64,000 nucleotides of DNA from Candidatus Omnitrophota bacterium (lineage in GTDB: Bacteria > Omnitrophota > Omnitrophia > Omnitrophales > Aquincolibacteriaceae). Of the stretch, positions 28,491 through 38,008 are shown one piece after another. The number at the start of each line of letters is the position of its first letter. Position 1 is the first letter of the stretch. A program made the translations under genes and the position numbers. Where the stretch lies: the NCBI GenBank assembly GCA_016196545.1, contig JACPXM010000020.1, positions 4,168 through 68,167 on the forward strand. The letters run 5' to 3'. The notes beneath the pieces were generated by a model that was given only the letters and a program-made list of their open reading frames with translations, did no database searches and had not been told where the DNA came from.

Positions 28491-30311
28491 ATGCTAATTT
28501 TCAATTTAAATTTTACCGATATCCCCCTCGAAACCCGCCGAAGGCTTGAGCCTTTATTGGAACTAAACGAAAAAACAGTGATTCTAGATATGGCGGATTG
28601 CGAGTCCTTTTCGCTTAAAGGTCAAAGGGTCGAGAGAAGAATATGGAAGGAAGATTTTCGGGAAAGCATCTCAGAGGCTCGCCGTGGAATTTCGTTTCTG
28701 CTCAATCCTTGGTTGAATGATAAAACACCGTGGGACTATCGAGGTCTTCCGCTACGAAAGATCCTGGAGGGGGAATTGCGTTCTATCGTTTTCTACCGTT
28801 TCCTCATGTTCATATTTTTCACGAAGGCCTTGAAGGCCACGACGTCAAAGCGAGTCGTGATGATCCGAAATAAGCAAGGTTACAATCCGGAGCTGGACCT
28901 GTGGTTTGAAGCGCTCAAGGGATTGGCCCATAACCGCTCTCTGGAATTATTGGAAATCGAAATCCCATCTCAAGGGGTCCCGTTTCGGCGTTGGCTTCGC
29001 CGGGGCTTAAAAGTTTTCCGAAAAGGTCTGACTCAAAAACGCTCAAATCGAATCACGGAATTGGGAAATCAAGAAAAAATCCTTGCGATGGGTTTTGATT
29101 TTCCGACGGCTTTTGAATTAATAACCCCCGTCTTTATCGATTTAAAAAAAGATTATGCTGTCAAATTGTGTCTTTCCGAAGCTTCCGGAGAAAAAGCGGA
29201 TCTTTTGATCAAAACCGCCCAACATTGTGACATCCCTTTTGAAATCCCAAGCCTTGGAGATTGCATTCAGCTTGAGAGGGAACCGCTGCCCGAAATGTAT
29301 CCCCTTTTTGAAACGGGCGCGCGCGACGCCGAATTGTGGAGATTTTTAAAACCCACCTTGGAGGAATATTTCGCTCCACGGGCTTTGCAAAACAAGTTTC
29401 GCCTCATTGAGAGCGTCCGGTTATGGCTTGAGGAAGACAAGGTGAAGGCCGTAATTTTACCCGCCGAAAAAACCGCGGTTCAAAGGGCCGCTTGTTATTG
29501 GGCGGGCATGAAGGCAATCAAAACCGTTATTGTGCCGCATTATTACGACCAATTTTCAATCAAACAGCGCGGCGATTTGTGGCATTCGCCGCCTTTGGCC
29601 ACTCAATGGGCAGTTTTGGGGGAGAAAATCAAAGAAGAATTGATCGATGGCGGAATGGATCGCGGGCGTATTACGGTAACGGGACTTCCTAAGTTCGATA
29701 TCTGCGAGACGGCCCCCGTAAATCAAAGTATCCTTCTTGACCGATTGAAGATTCGGGGAAGGTTCTCTGGAATATTTGTTTGGGCCTTGCAAGGGTTTCG
29801 GGAAGAGGCCTTGCTATTGGAGCATTTGAAGGCGGCCATGAAATTTTTTCCGGATAAGCTTTTAATTGTCAAACCGCATCCGTTTCAGGATCAAAAAGTA
29901 GAAGTCAAAGGGATAAAGAATATCGTGATTCATTCCCTCATGAGCATGAGGGATTTAATTTCCGCCGCCGAAATGCTTCTAACGGGAACTTCTATTAGTG
30001 CCTTTGAAGCGATTCTTATGGGGAGGCCGGTTCTCATTCTGAATTTATTTAACACCCTCTATCCCTATCCCTTTCTTGAGGCTCAAGCCGCATTCGAGGT
30101 GACAAAACCGGCTGAAATCGTCCCGACCATTAAAAAGATCTTGGAGGATACGAATGCTCAAAGTCAATTAAGGGCGGGCCGCGAGCAGATTCGTAAAGCC
30201 TATGGTCCCTGCGCAGGGCGGGATGCGAGGCAAAGATTAAGGGATCTCATTTTATCTGAGGACACGACATGCCTGAAATCCACGAACAATATCAAAAATT
30301 TAACGAGTTAA
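28491..30311 (+). CDS. large HP-motif GT-B protein, capsule-synthesis KpsC-like (Kdo/CMP-sugar transferase family) candidate
   Basis: C-terminal KPHPFQD, and about 40 aa later TGTSISAFEAILMGRPVLIL (HP motif then a serine-rich block). Length 606 aa, close to the roughly 675 aa I recall for KpsC (length not verified). Confidence 0.35.
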   Translation: MLIFNLNFTDIPLETRRRLEPLLELNEKTVILDMADCESFSLKGQRVERRIWKEDFRESISEARRGISFLLNPWLNDKTPWDYRGLPLRKILEGELRSIVFYRFLMFIFFTKALKATTSKRVVMIRNKQGYNPELDLWFEALKGLAHNRSLELLEIEIPSQGVPFRRWLRRGLKVFRKGLTQKRSNRITELGNQEKILAMGFDFPTAFELITPVFIDLKKDYAVKLCLSEASGEKADLLIKTAQHCDIPFEIPSLGDCIQLEREPLPEMYPLFETGARDAELWRFLKPTLEEYFAPRALQNKFRLIESVRLWLEEDKVKAVILPAEKTAVQRAACYWAGMKAIKTVIVPHYYDQFSIKQRGDLWHSPPLATQWAVLGEKIKEELIDGGMDRGRITVTGLPKFDICETAPVNQSILLDRLKIRGRFSGIFVWALQGFREEALLLEHLKAAMKFFPDKLLIVKPHPFQDQKVEVKGIKNIVIHSLMSMRDLISAAEMLLTGTSISAFEAILMGRPVLILNLFNTLYPYPFLEAQAAFEVTKPAEIVPTIKKILEDTNAQSQLRAGREQIRKAYGPCAGRDARQRLRDLILSEDTTCLKSTNNIKNLTS

Positions 30312-31309
30312 AAGCAATTTTCATCGGAGGATTGAATCGCTCGGGAACCTCTTTAGTTCTCAGGCTTTTGGACGGGCATCCTAAATTGCTGGTTTATCCT
30401 ACGGAAAATTGCATGATTCGCGACTATTTTTCGGTGGATTCGAAGCATCCCATTCGAAAGGGAATGGACGAAGGAATGGCATCGCGGGATGCCCAAAAGG
30501 TTTTTGACCATATAAGGATTCAGCCGCGGGCATGGCAATTAACACGTTTAAGGATTAAGGCAAGCGCCGAGCTTCTTTGGCAGCGGCACCCTCATCCCGA
30601 AAGAATCTCTGATGTTTTTACTTCTTTTAACATTCAGGATTTCGAAAAATGTTTCATTGTAACTTTAAATCTGATTAGCTCGGAATGGGACATCGGTCAT
30701 TTGGTGAGGGCTTGGAATTTCAGCTATTTTTGGACCCTTGGCATCCAGGACATGACAAAATTTTCCGGATGGGTCAGCAAATGCCCCAATTCGGAAAATC
30801 ACTATGGTGCTTACCTTTCGTTATTTCCCAAAGGCCGTACGATTCATATCCTTCGGGATCCCCGTGCAATTTTTATCTCCGCGAAAGAAAAAAAGAAGTT
30901 TTCCGGCCAAGGCCAAAGGGAACTTTTGAGCCTGCAGCCTTTCAAAGAGCTTGTTTTGTCCATTCAAACCTATAAAAACCGGTGGGCGAAAGTGGCGGAG
31001 GCCTCCCAGCTTTATCCAAGTGATTTTAAGATTTTAAAATATGAGGATTTGATTCAAAACCCTCAGCGCGAGATGGAAAAAATAAGCCATTTTTTGGGGA
31101 TCGAATACGACGCTATTTTGTTGACTCCGACTTTTATGGGGGATCCGTGGTATGCGAATTCCAGTTTTGAGCTTCAAAAAGATAAAACGGGAATTATTTT
31201 TCAAGATTCTTTAAAGCGATGGCAGAAGGAGATCTCCATTTGGGAAAGACTGCTGCTCAATTGCCACTTTTCAAAAATTCTTAAGGAGTGGAATTACCCC
31301 CGCTACTAA
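30269..31309 (+). CDS. sulfotransferase, paralog 1
   Basis: 5'-PSB loop GGLNRSGTSL and 3'-PB-like ILRDPRAIFIS. Confidence 0.7.
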   Translation: MPEIHEQYQKFNELKAIFIGGLNRSGTSLVLRLLDGHPKLLVYPTENCMIRDYFSVDSKHPIRKGMDEGMASRDAQKVFDHIRIQPRAWQLTRLRIKASAELLWQRHPHPERISDVFTSFNIQDFEKCFIVTLNLISSEWDIGHLVRAWNFSYFWTLGIQDMTKFSGWVSKCPNSENHYGAYLSLFPKGRTIHILRDPRAIFISAKEKKKFSGQGQRELLSLQPFKELVLSIQTYKNRWAKVAEASQLYPSDFKILKYEDLIQNPQREMEKISHFLGIEYDAILLTPTFMGDPWYANSSFELQKDKTGIIFQDSLKRWQKEISIWERLLLNCHFSKILKEWNYPRY

Positions 31310-31324
31310 AAGTGAGGAGCTTTG

Positions 31325-32338
31325 ATGTCTGAAATCCAAAAACAATTTCAAGCCTTCAGTAAGTTAACGGCGATTTTTATCGGGGGACTGGCACGATCGG
31401 GAACCTCCCTCATGCTACGCTTGTTGGATGGGCATCCCAAATTGCTCGTCCACCCGATTGAAAATTGCATCCTACGAGATTTTTTCGAAGCGCCCCCCAC
31501 GCATCCGGTCCGCAAGGGGATTGAAGAAGGGATGGGATCGCGGGATGCACAGAAGATTTTTGATCATTTGAAGACCAATCCCCGGGCATGGAGGCTTACC
31601 CGCGTAAGGACAGAAGGAGAGGGAGAAATCGTGGAGGAACACTCTTCCTTTAATGTGGAAGGGTTTGAAAAATGCTTTTTAGAAACCTTAAGCGGCGTCA
31701 ATTCCGCATGGGACATTCATCATTTACTTCAGGTTTGGCTTTTTAGTTATTTTTGGACGCTCAAAAAGCGGGACATGTCCCTGTATTCCGGTTGGGTCAT
31801 CAAATGTCCGAGTGCGGCCAAGTATTATAAAACCTACGCGGACTATTTTCCCGAGAGAAGGATTATCCATTTGATGCGCGATCCCCGCGCCGTCTATCTG
31901 TCGGCAAGGGAAAAAAAGACTTCCGCGCAAAATCAGGAAGTGGTCACTGTCCTTTTAAGAAAAAGGCCCCTTTTGGGAGTCCCGCTTTTGATGCGATTTT
32001 ACAAGGATGAAATAGATCGTGCCCAAGCCTTTGCCAAAGCTCAGCGTGTCAAATTTACCCTCATAAAGTATGAAGATTTGGTGAACTTCCCTCAAGATCA
32101 AATGGAAAAAATTAGCCATTTTTTAAACATCCCCTATGATCCTATTTTGGCAATGCCTACTTTCGGGGGACGGCCGTGGGTTGCCAATTCCAGTTTTGAG
32201 GTTCCGAGAGATCAAAGCGGAAAAATTTTTGAGGATTCTTCCAAACGCTGGGAAAAAGGGATCTCCGTTTGGGAAAGGCTTTTATTCGGGGTTTATTTTT
32301 CAAAAACGATTAAGGAGTGGAATTACCCCCGCTACTAA
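31325..32338 (+). CDS. sulfotransferase, paralog 2
   Basis: GGLARSGTSL and LMRDPRAVYLS. It shares a 30-nt identical 3' end, encoding KEWNYPRY, with paralog 1. Confidence 0.7.
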   Translation: MSEIQKQFQAFSKLTAIFIGGLARSGTSLMLRLLDGHPKLLVHPIENCILRDFFEAPPTHPVRKGIEEGMGSRDAQKIFDHLKTNPRAWRLTRVRTEGEGEIVEEHSSFNVEGFEKCFLETLSGVNSAWDIHHLLQVWLFSYFWTLKKRDMSLYSGWVIKCPSAAKYYKTYADYFPERRIIHLMRDPRAVYLSAREKKTSAQNQEVVTVLLRKRPLLGVPLLMRFYKDEIDRAQAFAKAQRVKFTLIKYEDLVNFPQDQMEKISHFLNIPYDPILAMPTFGGRPWVANSSFEVPRDQSGKIFEDSSKRWEKGISVWERLLFGVYFSKTIKEWNYPRY

Positions 32339-32347
32339 AGGTTGCTC

Positions 32348-33322
32348 ATGCCGGATATCTCCTTCATTATCCCTGCCTTGAATGAAAAGGAAACCCTGCG
32401 TTATACCCTTGCGAATCTCTTTAAGACGGTTACGCAACAAAGTTTTGAAGTCATTGTCGTGGATGACGGCTCTGAGGAAGACCTTTCAGGAGAGCTGATT
32501 GATCCCGGTAAGGTGATTTATATCAAAAATCACCAAAGATTGGGAGTCTCAAAATCCCGAAATCGCGGTGCCCGCCAGGCCCGGGGCCAAGTCCTCGTAT
32601 TTTTAGATGCCCATGTATGTTTTGTGGGGGATTGGCTCAGTAAAATTTTAAAAAAAAGAAAGCAGTTCAAGGATGCCGTCATGGGCATCATGACATATCC
32701 CTTAACAGATATTCAGGTGTTTTGGGAAATTGCCCTCTCGGGCGTCCCTCCTAAGAAAAAAATAAAGTCGCAGCCTTGTTACGGGTTTACCATGACTTCA
32801 TTGCCCATGCCGGAGCTTCATGCCATTTCTTCGAAACGATTCCATTCACCCTTTGAGGTCCCCATCGTAACGGCCCGCGCTATGATCGTTGAAAAAAATT
32901 TATTCTTTGAACTCGGGGGATTTCTTAATGAACTTACCGGTTATGGGGCCCTCGAAGATACGGAATTTTGTATGCGGGCTTGGATTTTTGGGAAAAAAGT
33001 GCTCGCCTTTGCCGATACGGAGTGCTATCACTGCCTTTACGGGCCGAGGTCTACCAAAAGCACACGCGTCGAATATGAAAAAATACCTTTTTATACCGAA
33101 AAATATGAAGGCGGTGTGGAAAACGCGTTTCGAATCTTTTACCTGCACTCTTCCGAAAATCAATTTAAGCAACTGATCGACTTCCATAAAAATCTCTCGG
33201 GGTTTAGCCCGAACCTTTCGGCGATTCTGACGGACGAATTAAAGGCCCAAAAAGAATGGATTTCCAAAAAAAGAATTCATGATGAGGACTGGCTTTTTCA
33301 GAGAATGAAAAAGGTAGGTTGA
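32348..33322 (+). CDS. glycosyltransferase family 2
   Basis: ISFIIPALNEKETL...FEVIVVDDGS. Confidence 0.8.
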   Translation: MPDISFIIPALNEKETLRYTLANLFKTVTQQSFEVIVVDDGSEEDLSGELIDPGKVIYIKNHQRLGVSKSRNRGARQARGQVLVFLDAHVCFVGDWLSKILKKRKQFKDAVMGIMTYPLTDIQVFWEIALSGVPPKKKIKSQPCYGFTMTSLPMPELHAISSKRFHSPFEVPIVTARAMIVEKNLFFELGGFLNELTGYGALEDTEFCMRAWIFGKKVLAFADTECYHCLYGPRSTKSTRVEYEKIPFYTEKYEGGVENAFRIFYLHSSENQFKQLIDFHKNLSGFSPNLSAILTDELKAQKEWISKKRIHDEDWLFQRMKKVG

Positions 33323-33324
33323 GA

Positions 33325-33774
33325 ATGTTTCCTCCGATCGTGATTGTGACCGATTCCCTAAAAAGGATGGAGGAATTTAAAAATAACGAGAGGTATTTAA
33401 TTGTCGCCACCCGGCCCCACCTAATTTTGGAATTCAAAGAAATGGGGTATTTGAATACCCGCGATTTGGGTCAATATCAAACGGGGAGGTTTCACGACTA
33501 TAACGATTTATACCGTCACTACGAGGCAGAGGTCCTCAAAGGGTCCGGATTGGCAGAAAAGGAGGAGGCCCTCTCGTGGGAGAATTTCCGTCAAACCTTG
33601 ATGTCTGCCCTTGCACCCATTTACTTCCTGCGAGATACCCTGAGCTCGCTTGCTCAAAAGGAAGGGGCCCACGAATTTATATTGAAAGTTCAAGACCCGG
33701 AATCAAAACTTAATTTTCAAATGGCCGTAAATGAACTCCATGAAAAAAATCTTATTCGCATTTTATCATCGTGA
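33325..33774 (+). CDS. hypothetical protein
   Basis: ORF only. Overlaps the next gene by about 40 nt. Confidence 0.3.
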   Translation: MFPPIVIVTDSLKRMEEFKNNERYLIVATRPHLILEFKEMGYLNTRDLGQYQTGRFHDYNDLYRHYEAEVLKGSGLAEKEEALSWENFRQTLMSALAPIYFLRDTLSSLAQKEGAHEFILKVQDPESKLNFQMAVNELHEKNLIRILSS

Positions 33775-34840
33775 TGATTTTCCCACGATAGAACCGCTTC
33801 CGCTTCCTTTAGCGAGGCGGGGGGCTGAGGCCTTTCTCTGTAATAGTTATCTGCCCCGATTTAGGTTTAAAACCTCAAATTGGAAAACGATTTTTCCCAA
33901 GCCTTCAAGGATAAAAGATTCAAACAAAGAATATTTATCCCAAGTTTTAAGCCCTCTGGCGAGAGGCATCTTAAATAAAAGGTACGGCAGTAATACGGTT
34001 ATTGAACATTTGCATAGTTATCAAACCGATATTCCCCCTTTTCTTGAAAGGACTCTTCAAACCCTGAAACCGGATTTGGTGGTACTCTCTTTGAGCGAAG
34101 TTGAAAGTATGCTGGCCCGGGACGCCTGCAAACGATTTTCCGTGAAATATTGCTATTTGTTGCCGCAGTATTTTGAATTCAAGACCCTCGGCTATTTTAA
34201 AATCGAGCCCGTCCCTTATCTCGTGGCCGGAGAGGAGGGAAAAGAGCGCCTGATTCGTAAAGGGGCCCGCCCGGAACAGATCTTCGTTACCGGAAACGCT
34301 TCCTACGACAAAGTCTTTCGTATCCTCAAAAAAAAGATCCCCAAAGATACTTCCCATAAAACTATTCTATTTGCCCAGCAAAATAGAAGTGAGGACGCCA
34401 TTCTAATGGATCTTTTAAAGCGCTATTTATCGAGACGAAAAACGGTGCGATGGGTTAACCGTCCTCATCCCACAGAGTTAAGCGGCAAGAGGCGGTCTTT
34501 TGCACAGTCTCAAAGCCTTCATTCCGACCTTTTAAAATCAGATGTCTTGGTGACGGCATCTTCCCTAACGCTGCTTGACGCAATCGTCTTGAATGTTCCG
34601 GCCCTTTCATTTAAATGCGACTATTTTCCTGAAGAAATTTCCTTTGCGGACCATGGCGATGTACTTCCGGCGCGTAACTACGGAGAATTGGAGAAATTTT
34701 TAGATCTTATTCTTTTTGATTCAGAATTTCGAAGGGTTTGGCGCAAATCCCGTGAAGATGCCTCTAAAAAATATCTGTCTCAGGGTGACGACCCTGCTGC
34801 GGAAAAAATTGCCGAGGTCTTGCTTGACCTTGCTTCCTAA
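33731..34840 (+). CDS. HP-motif GT-B protein, capsule-synthesis KpsS-like candidate
   Basis: VNRPHPTE, and 32 aa later VTASSLTLLDAIVLNVPAL. Length 369 aa, close to the roughly 390 aa I recall for KpsS (length not verified). Confidence 0.35.
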   Translation: MNSMKKILFAFYHRDDFPTIEPLPLPLARRGAEAFLCNSYLPRFRFKTSNWKTIFPKPSRIKDSNKEYLSQVLSPLARGILNKRYGSNTVIEHLHSYQTDIPPFLERTLQTLKPDLVVLSLSEVESMLARDACKRFSVKYCYLLPQYFEFKTLGYFKIEPVPYLVAGEEGKERLIRKGARPEQIFVTGNASYDKVFRILKKKIPKDTSHKTILFAQQNRSEDAILMDLLKRYLSRRKTVRWVNRPHPTELSGKRRSFAQSQSLHSDLLKSDVLVTASSLTLLDAIVLNVPALSFKCDYFPEEISFADHGDVLPARNYGELEKFLDLILFDSEFRRVWRKSREDASKKYLSQGDDPAAEKIAEVLLDLAS

Positions 34841-34841
34841 C

Positions 34842-35849
34842 TTGAATCAAAAAATTACAGTGCGTTCCTACGAAGCGGGGGATGAGGCCGGCGTTCGGGA
34901 TTTGTTTCATCGTGTCTTTGGAAAAGAAAAAAGGAAGGAAATTTGGGAATGGGAATTTTTCAGCGCCGAAAACGGCCCGTCTCTTTTGACAGTTGCGGCT
35001 GATGACGACGGTCATATTGTTGGATTTTGCGGAGGGGTGTCTCTACGGTTTCAGTATCAGGAAAGGGTATTAAAGGTTTATCAAATCGTGGACCTTATGG
35101 TCCATCCCGATTGTCGGTGCCGAGGACTTTTGCGTGACTTGATGCAATACCATTTTAAAAGTGCCCCGGGAGCTGATTACGGATTTATGTACGGATTTCC
35201 TTCCCCGGAGGCCGCGCGTTTGTTGAAATTTCATCAATTGAGCGAAGCGGCCTCGGAGATCACCGAGTGGAAAATGAAGCTTGGCTGGAGAAAGGGGCTC
35301 AAACTTTTATGGAAGCAGAACGCCTCAAAGGGAAATACTTTCGTGTTCACGCCTCTTAAGAAGTTTGATTCAGAAATCGATAGGTTCTGGGAATCTGTAA
35401 AAGGGGATTATCCCTGTGGGATTATTCGAGATAGTCAGTATCTTAATTGGCGCTATGCAGACGCTCCAGGACATCCTTATGATCTTTTTGTTGCCAGAGA
35501 CTCTCAAACCCGCTCGATTCAGGGATTAGCCGTGACCGAGGCGGTAGCGAATTCCGGCCGCTGGGAGATTATTTTATGGGAACTTTTTGTTCGCCCGAAT
35601 GACGACGCGTGCTTGCGATTTATGCTTGATCGTTTGGCGCTTCGCTGCTGGCTTCGTGGAAAGAAAGCCCTTCGCTTTTTTCAGGCGCCTCAAAAAAAAC
35701 CCCCGATTTTTATGTCCCTTGGATTTAAGAAAAAAGCGTTTGAGGCATGCCGATTTCTGCCCTTGTTTTATGGTCCCTCGGTCGATCGTTCCTTTATCAA
35801 GGACCGTCATTATTATTCACCAGGTGATATGGATCTTTTCTTCTTTTAA
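34842..35849 (+). CDS. GNAT-fold acyltransferase
   Basis: acyl-CoA-binding-like VGFCGG...RCRGLLRDLMQY. TTG start at 34842, straight after the upstream stop. Confidence 0.45.
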   Translation: MNQKITVRSYEAGDEAGVRDLFHRVFGKEKRKEIWEWEFFSAENGPSLLTVAADDDGHIVGFCGGVSLRFQYQERVLKVYQIVDLMVHPDCRCRGLLRDLMQYHFKSAPGADYGFMYGFPSPEAARLLKFHQLSEAASEITEWKMKLGWRKGLKLLWKQNASKGNTFVFTPLKKFDSEIDRFWESVKGDYPCGIIRDSQYLNWRYADAPGHPYDLFVARDSQTRSIQGLAVTEAVANSGRWEIILWELFVRPNDDACLRFMLDRLALRCWLRGKKALRFFQAPQKKPPIFMSLGFKKKAFEACRFLPLFYGPSVDRSFIKDRHYYSPGDMDLFFF

Positions 35850-35850
35850 A

Positions 35851-36822
35851 ATGGTCAATCCCAAATCGATTTGTGAAAAGCTCGACCGAAGGCTTTCAGC
35901 CGTCTTAGGATCACGCATTGTCATTTTAAATTATCATCATGTCCTCGCCTCCCGTCAGGATTTATTCAATATCTGTGTCGCGCCCAAAAATTTTGAGGCC
36001 CATTTGGAATTCCTCAAGCGCCGGTATCGGGTCTTGGGTCTTTCGGAACTATTGGGTCTTTTGAAAATAGGCAAAATTCCCCACAGGGCCGTAGTCCTGA
36101 CTTTCGACGACGGATATTCAGATAACTATTTGAACGCGGTGCCTCTTTTAGAAAAATATCGAATGCCCGCAACTTTTTTTGTGACCACACAACATCTAGA
36201 TACCCTTGAGGAATTTTGGTGGGATGGGATTCAAAGACTGGCTTTGTCCCTCAAAAAATTTCCGGAAAAGGTTCATCTTGAAATTTCCGGTGAGGATTGT
36301 GAATTGGCATTGGGGTCATCTCCCGAACCGACATTGAGATTATTATCCCAAAAAATGTATTCGCTGGAGGAGGAAAGCCGGAGGCGTCTTCTCCAGGAAC
36401 TATTTCGAAAATGTGGCGTTCGGGACGAGCCCCGAGCTGAGTACCGGTGTTTTTCGTCAGAAGAGCTCTTTTTGATTTCTAAAAATCCCCTTTTTGAAAT
36501 GGGTGCCCATACGGTTTCACACCGGTCCCTTAAATCGCTCCCCCTTGAAACCCAGAGGATGGAAATTTTGGCGAGCAAGAAATGCTTAGAAGAAATCATT
36601 CAAAAGACAATCCGGCATTTTGCGTATCCCTTTGGAACGCCGGAGCATTACACGCCTGAAACACAACGGTTAGTTCAAGCATGTGGATTTAAAAGCGCCT
36701 GCACGGTGGGATCTAGCGCGGTGAATCCTGACAGCCCTTTATTTGGTCTCTGCCGACTGGCGGTTGGAGATGGCCCAGCGACTTCATTTTCACAAAAGCT
36801 TGCGGAGTGTTTTCATTCTTAA
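35851..36822 (+). CDS. polysaccharide deacetylase (CE4/NodB domain)
   Basis: LTFDDGYSDNY and the later GAHTVSH. The ATG at 35851 follows the upstream stop codon by one nucleotide. Confidence 0.75.
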   Translation: MVNPKSICEKLDRRLSAVLGSRIVILNYHHVLASRQDLFNICVAPKNFEAHLEFLKRRYRVLGLSELLGLLKIGKIPHRAVVLTFDDGYSDNYLNAVPLLEKYRMPATFFVTTQHLDTLEEFWWDGIQRLALSLKKFPEKVHLEISGEDCELALGSSPEPTLRLLSQKMYSLEEESRRRLLQELFRKCGVRDEPRAEYRCFSSEELFLISKNPLFEMGAHTVSHRSLKSLPLETQRMEILASKKCLEEIIQKTIRHFAYPFGTPEHYTPETQRLVQACGFKSACTVGSSAVNPDSPLFGLCRLAVGDGPATSFSQKLAECFHS

Positions 36823-36829
36823 ACCCTTT

Positions 36830-38008
36830 ATGAAGCAAAAACTCAAATTGCATTCTCTCGCTATTTTCTGTGCTTCGCTTGTTATGTCTTCGGCCTTGGC
36901 CTGGCCCTTTTTGCCGGCGGTGAGGAATAAGCAATACGCCGTCTTTCCTCCAAAGTGGCGGGAAGTCTTAAAGCCAGATCCAAAAATTTTGTCCGGAATC
37001 GAGGGTGAATCCAGATTCAGCACGAACCGTTTGGGACTGCGGGGCGATGAACTTGGCGATCCAAAGATTAGAATTCTTGTTCTGGGAGGATCTGCGACAG
37101 AGTGCGGGTACTTGGATGATTCGGAGACCTGGCCTTATTTGATTCAAAAACAGCTTTCAAATTCACTCGCTGAAACCGTATGGGTAGGAAATGCCGGAAG
37201 GTCAGGGCATCATTCCTTGCATCACCTCGCACAGATGGAAATATTACTCGATCAAATCAAGCCCATCCATTTGGTAATTGTCATGATGGGATTCAATGAT
37301 ATGGCCGCTTGGCTCCGTCGCAAAGAGGATACCTTTGAAACTTGGCAGGATGCTGCCGTCCGCGAGAAATATACGCGCTCGGCCTTCTCCCGCGCCCCCG
37401 TAAAAGGGTTTAAAAATCAGCTTCGTCAAAGCCTTCACTCCCTTCGTAATTTTTTTAACGGAAAGGATCATTGGCATTCGGAAGAAATTCGTACCGGAAG
37501 TCAATATCGAGGCCTTCGAGAAAGAAGAATGAAAAGCGATCAAATTCTAATTCCGGAAGAAAAACTGGCAACGCTACCCTTCGCCTTAAAGAGGTATCAA
37601 CAAAACATTGAACAAATAATTCAAATTGCGAAAAATCATCAGACCCCATTGCTTTTTTTGACCCAACCCGGACTTTATCATGAATCGATGTCGCCTGAAG
37701 AGACGGCGCTTTTATGGTTTGGTGCCATTCAAGGAACCGAGGATATCAGGGCCCCTGCCGCAAATTATGCCCGAGTGGAGGAAATGAGAAGCGTTTTGAG
37801 CGATTATAACCAGATCCTCCTCAAAACGGCTGGGATGCATTCGATTGAAACATTGGATTTAGACCGGCTTTTACCCGCAAGCACCGAGATTTTTTATGAC
37901 GATGTTCATTTTCATGAAGCCGGGGCCGCAAGGGTTGCCCAACTCGTGGTTCAATCTTTATGTGACTCCAGGATTCTGAGTATGCCTTGCCGGAGAGAGG
38001 TCGCATGA
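36830..38008 (+). CDS. SGNH/GDSL-family hydrolase or acyltransferase, secreted or membrane-anchored
   Basis: Signal-peptide-like N-terminus. Block I ILVLGGSATECG; the later VMMGFNDM block resembles block III. Confidence 0.55.
   Translation: MKQKLKLHSLAIFCASLVMSSALAWPFLPAVRNKQYAVFPPKWREVLKPDPKILSGIEGESRFSTNRLGLRGDELGDPKIRILVLGGSATECGYLDDSETWPYLIQKQLSNSLAETVWVGNAGRSGHHSLHHLAQMEILLDQIKPIHLVIVMMGFNDMAAWLRRKEDTFETWQDAAVREKYTRSAFSRAPVKGFKNQLRQSLHSLRNFFNGKDHWHSEEIRTGSQYRGLRERRMKSDQILIPEEKLATLPFALKRYQQNIEQIIQIAKNHQTPLLFLTQPGLYHESMSPEETALLWFGAIQGTEDIRAPAANYARVEEMRSVLSDYNQILLKTAGMHSIETLDLDRLLPASTEIFYDDVHFHEAGAARVAQLVVQSLCDSRILSMPCRREVA

Noticed and set aside
35587-35850. Long N-terminal extensions suggested by the ORF track for the deacetylase (35587), the SGNH gene (36743), the GNAT gene (34716), the DUF4340-like gene (51787), the GAF gene (47620) and the LhgO-like gene (54108).
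   Set aside because: The extensions overlap the conserved C-termini of the upstream genes in another frame and have no family similarity. Internal starts placed right after the upstream stop give coupled, family-consistent N-termini.
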